Virus record (IMG/VR): IMGVR_UViG_3300032286_000710
Location: 32,001-96,000 of that record
DNA length: 64,000 bases
Origin: a virus
Direction: 5' to 3' (one strand)
Both the position numbers and the translations under genes were made by a program. The first letter of the stretch is position 1; each line of letters opens with the position of its first letter. Shown one piece after another: positions 60,840 through 64,000 of the stretch. Under the pieces are notes generated by a model. That model was not told the origin of the DNA. It saw only the letters and a program-made list of their open reading frames with translations, and did no database searches.

Positions 60840-63800
60840 ACTACTCCCGAATTTTCCTTTAGTCTTCCGCCGTCACCGGCAACTAATCTAGTTTTGACAA
60901 GGTTAAAAATCTCTTGTTTTACTTGAGATGTTACAGCCTTTAATAAACCGCCATCATTTAGGTTAATATTTACGTTTGTAGAATCTAACTTGATAGTGAT
61001 CTTACTATCCCTTAAAGACTCAACATTCTTAGATAATTCTCTATTGAAATTTTCAAGGGCGGTAGCAAAGTTTGACATTCCTTGGCTTTGCTGTTCTGGA
61101 CCATTACTACCTTGACCTCTATATCTAACCACGCCACCGCTTGCCATAAGGGCTGTGCCACCACTACTAGATACACCTCCAAGCCCACTATTCATCGCTT
61201 GTAATATTTGTAAATTATTGCCCCGCTGGACTGCACCCCTATTTACTACAAATTCACCGGGAGTTAGCATCGCTGGGATAGTATCAGTTCCGCGAGGCAC
61301 GAAAATACCACGACTTGCATATACCATGCCACCTCTAGACATTGCTTTTTGGTCTTCTATTGCTTGAGCCTCTGCCGCAGCCTTATTACCCTTGGCCATA
61401 ACCTCCTTAAACTTCAAATCAGCACTATTTACATTAATTGTGGCTGTTTCAACTTGCATTTCGGCCATTTGAGTTCCCATATTGCCAGTTTCGCCTAGCA
61501 TTCCACCTAATTCACGAAGCCTAGCCTTACTAGCCTCTTCTTCTGCGGTAGTTCCAGCCATAACTTGGGCGGCTCTCATGTCTGTTACACCCCTAGATGA
61601 TAAAGCAGCATTGGCAGCAGTTTCTGATAGACCACCAGCACCAGCTAATTGCTGACCATATAAACTTTGAACGCCAGCTTCTTGTTGACGTTGAATATCT
61701 TGAGATGCCATTCCAAGAGCATCAGCACCATAAAGATTTTGTAATCTGGTATCACCACTAGCTATAGCAGCGGTAGCACCAACGGCAGATTGCTTCTTGA
61801 AAAAATCTTCTACATCTCCCTTAATAAGAGATTCCATAGAATCTTTTTCAAGTTTATTCTTTTCTTGAGTAATCTTAAGTTGTTCTTCTTCTAGCTTGAT
61901 TAAGCCCCTAATGGTATCAATTTGTGTTTTGTATGCTTTCTGTAGATCTTTTTGTGCTTCATCTGCTTCAACGCCAGATCTCTTTTCCATACCGCCCTGC
62001 TGAGTTCTTCTTCCTTCTATATTAGAGAATCCTGCCATAATCTCAGCATTTCTTCTTCTTAAATCTCCAACATCTCCACTCTTCATATTTGTTAATCCTA
62101 GTCTGCTGCTTTCAACATTAGACTTAGCTAACAAATTATCTTTTCTCTCTCGTCCAGTAACGGCTTGACCGCCATACTTACCTTGAATTTCTCTACCTTC
62201 CATCACAAGATCAAGAGCTTCTTGTTGTGCTGCTACAAGATTTCTCTCAGAATCAATTCTCTTCTTGGTAAAGTCAATTAATACCTGTTCTGCTTTTGCC
62301 CTTTCTTGAGAAATTTTCATTATGGGTTCAAGCATTTTTTGCTGAGATTCAGTGAGCTTATCTCCAAAAGCACTTAAATCTCCACCAATTATCTTATCTA
62401 CATCACCCGGTTCTAATTCTAATGATTGTATAACTTTCTTGAGGTTTTCTTTTGCTTCACCATTTCCCATATCTTTAGTTAATTCTTCTGCAAATTTATC
62501 CTTTAGCTTATTAGCATTTAAACCCTTAAAATCTTCAGCTTTCATTGACTTTTTGATATTGGCAAATGCTTGAGTATAATTAGACTGAGCTTTAGTAAAT
62601 GCAGCAACATTGCCTTCAAACTTTTGAATATATTTTTCAGAAGATCCAAACTCTCTAAGATTATCTGAAACTCCCTTTACAGCACTTTGGATTTCACCAG
62701 AATCCATAGCCTGTGCAGCACTACTCATTGCTGATTGTAAAAACTCAACGTCATTTACGAATGATGATCCGCCCACTTCTAAACCGGCAGAGAATTTACT
62801 CATGCTAGCTGATAATGCAGTAGCGGTTGCTGTTGCAGAACGTAAACCAAGATTTAAGGCATTATATAATTCTTTCTGACGTTTAACTTCTTTTTCTATA
62901 TTCTCTATTTCTTTATTAACTTGTTTTAACTGTTCTTCCATTTGAGCAGCAGCGGCAAAAGCTGCTTTAGCTCCTTGTTCATCTCCCTTTAATGCTAAGT
63001 CTCTACCTAATGCTTGTTGAGATTTCATTCCAGCCAATAAGCCTTTAGTGGCTTCGGCTTTAACCTCATTTGTACTTTTACCCCTAGCTACTCCAGATCT
63101 AATAGCGGCTTGTCTAGCTGGAGCTTCAATATTAAAAGCTTCTTGCTGTTGCTTGGCGGCTGAGTTTATTTGATCTGCACTTTCTTTTCCTAATCTTGTA
63201 TTACGCGCCCCCGTAGTCTCCATAAATGGATTTAAACCACCTAAAGCTCCAACATTTCTTAGAAAACCACTATCACTATAAGCATTTGATCTATTTTTGA
63301 CATTTTCTTTCGCAAATGAAGAAGCCCGATCCATTTGAGCATTTGCTTCTCCGCTTTTAGCTCTAATCTTTGCCAAAGCATCAGAAGCTGAAATAGTTCC
63401 TTTTTCAAAATCGCTCATTGCTTCTGTAGAAACTTTTTGAGCTTCTTCTAATGACTTTTGAGTTTTTACCGCTCCAGCTTGGGCTGCGGCTAACGCTACA
63501 ACGCTATCAGTTGTTGTTAAAAATGATTGACTAGCGTTAATAAGACCAACGCTAAAACCAACAATAGCACCAGCTGCTGCACCCACCGCTGTTCCTAGAA
63601 CCGGAATAATACTACCAATAGCAGCACCAGCCGCTGTTGCTGATAATACTCCACCAGCACCACCGGCACCTTTTTCAAAATTTGCTTTTTCAAGGGCAAC
63701 CTTTTTAGCACCTTCTACGTCGCCTGATTCTATAGATTTTTTTAATCTACCATCAAAATTGTAAATACTTTCTGCAACAATCTTAAAAGCTTCTTGAGCA

Positions 63801-64000
63801 AGGTATGCACCACCAGCAATAGCGAGTAATGGGCCAGCCAGTTGAGTTACAGCATTAACAGTTTTCATAATGGCTACAGATGAATCTCTGCCAAATCCCA
63901 ATCCTTGAGATGCGCTAAGAATACCTTTTTTAGCACCTGTACCTAAACCACTACCGCCAAAAAATTTCATAATAGACTGCGATTTTAATTCTATGCCAAA
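60836..64000 (-). CDS. Tail tape measure protein, C-terminal part (start lies beyond the window)
   Basis: Ala/Gly-rich hydrophobic segments, long coiled coils, GTDTIPAMLTPGEFVVN motif; frame open to window edge. Confidence 0.85.
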   Translation of the reverse strand, partial: FGIELKSQSIMKFFGGSGLGTGAKKGILSASQGLGFGRDSSVAIMKTVNAVTQLAGPLLAIAGGAYLAQEAFKIVAESIYNFDGRLKKSIESGDVEGAKKVALEKANFEKGAGGAGGVLSATAAGAAIGSIIPVLGTAVGAAAGAIVGFSVGLINASQSFLTTTDSVVALAAAQAGAVKTQKSLEEAQKVSTEAMSDFEKGTISASDALAKIRAKSGEANAQMDRASSFAKENVKNRSNAYSDSGFLRNVGALGGLNPFMETTGARNTRLGKESADQINSAAKQQQEAFNIEAPARQAAIRSGVARGKSTNEVKAEATKGLLAGMKSQQALGRDLALKGDEQGAKAAFAAAAQMEEQLKQVNKEIENIEKEVKRQKELYNALNLGLRSATATATALSASMSKFSAGLEVGGSSFVNDVEFLQSAMSSAAQAMDSGEIQSAVKGVSDNLREFGSSEKYIQKFEGNVAAFTKAQSNYTQAFANIKKSMKAEDFKGLNANKLKDKFAEELTKDMGNGEAKENLKKVIQSLELEPGDVDKIIGGDLSAFGDKLTESQQKMLEPIMKISQERAKAEQVLIDFTKKRIDSERNLVAAQQEALDLVMEGREIQGKYGGQAVTGRERKDNLLAKSNVESSRLGLTNMKSGDVGDLRRRNAEIMAGFSNIEGRRTQQGGMEKRSGVEADEAQKDLQKAYKTQIDTIRGLIKLEEEQLKITQEKNKLEKDSMESLIKGDVEDFFKKQSAVGATAAIASGDTRLQNLYGADALGMASQDIQRQQEAGVQSLYGQQLAGAGGLSETAANAALSSRGVTDMRAAQVMAGTTAEEEASKARLRELGGMLGETGNMGTQMAEMQVETATINVNSADLKFKEVMAKGNKAAAEAQAIEDQKAMSRGGMVYASRGIFVPRGTDTIPAMLTPGEFVVNRGAVQRGNNLQILQAMNSGLGGVSSSGGTALMASGGVVRYRGQGSNGPEQQSQGMSNFATALENFNRELSKNVESLRDSKITIKLDSTNVNINLNDGGLLKAVTSQVKQEIFNLVKTRLVAGDGGRLKENSGVV

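Noticed and set aside
1009-62573. Short antisense or nested ORFs in the ORF track (e.g. 13837-14292, 19421-19900, 55370-55759)
   Set aside because: They lie within well-supported genes and show no recognisable motifs, so they are treated as shadow ORFs.
1-64000. Alternative genetic code, tRNA genes or prophage integration features
   Set aside because: Long ORFs are intact in the standard code with TAA, TGA and TAG stops; intergenic gaps are short with no cloverleaf seen; no integrase or host genes.

Overview
A densely coded, AT-rich segment of a large tailed dsDNA bacteriophage genome, probably lytic and possibly jumbo-class. I see no integrase, rRNA, tRNA or CRISPR array. Two convergent gene blocks meet at a strong intrinsic terminator near 38,630. 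The + strand block (1-38,619) starts with a tail fibre, a trypsin-like protease, a sulfotransferase and four envelope-targeted proteins. Nucleotide metabolism follows (nrdA, an HNH-AP2 gene, nrdB, dut, phoH), then recombination and replication (RecA, DnaB, primase, dNMP kinase, Cas4/RecB-like nuclease, SSB, Rad52-like annealase). It also holds a degenerate bacterioferritin, a DnaE-type polymerase split into two genes around a DnaQ-like exonuclease gene, and an ~11 kb glycan biosynthesis cluster. The - strand block (38,650-64,000) encodes the C-terminal part of a tape measure protein and several very large virion proteins, including a 3737-aa protein with FG-GAP repeats. The main points of interest are: (1) the intein-less three-gene DnaE-N/DnaQ/DnaE-C polymerase; (2) a candidate virion glycosylation/sulfation system alongside Ser-Gly-rich structural proteins; (3) strong CCWGG avoidance seen in Pro-Gly codon choice; (4) a bacterioferritin that has lost its ferroxidase and haem ligands; (5) a dnaE promoter whose -35 box lies in the loop of an inverted repeat. 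All assignments come from motif recognition by eye, with no database searches.
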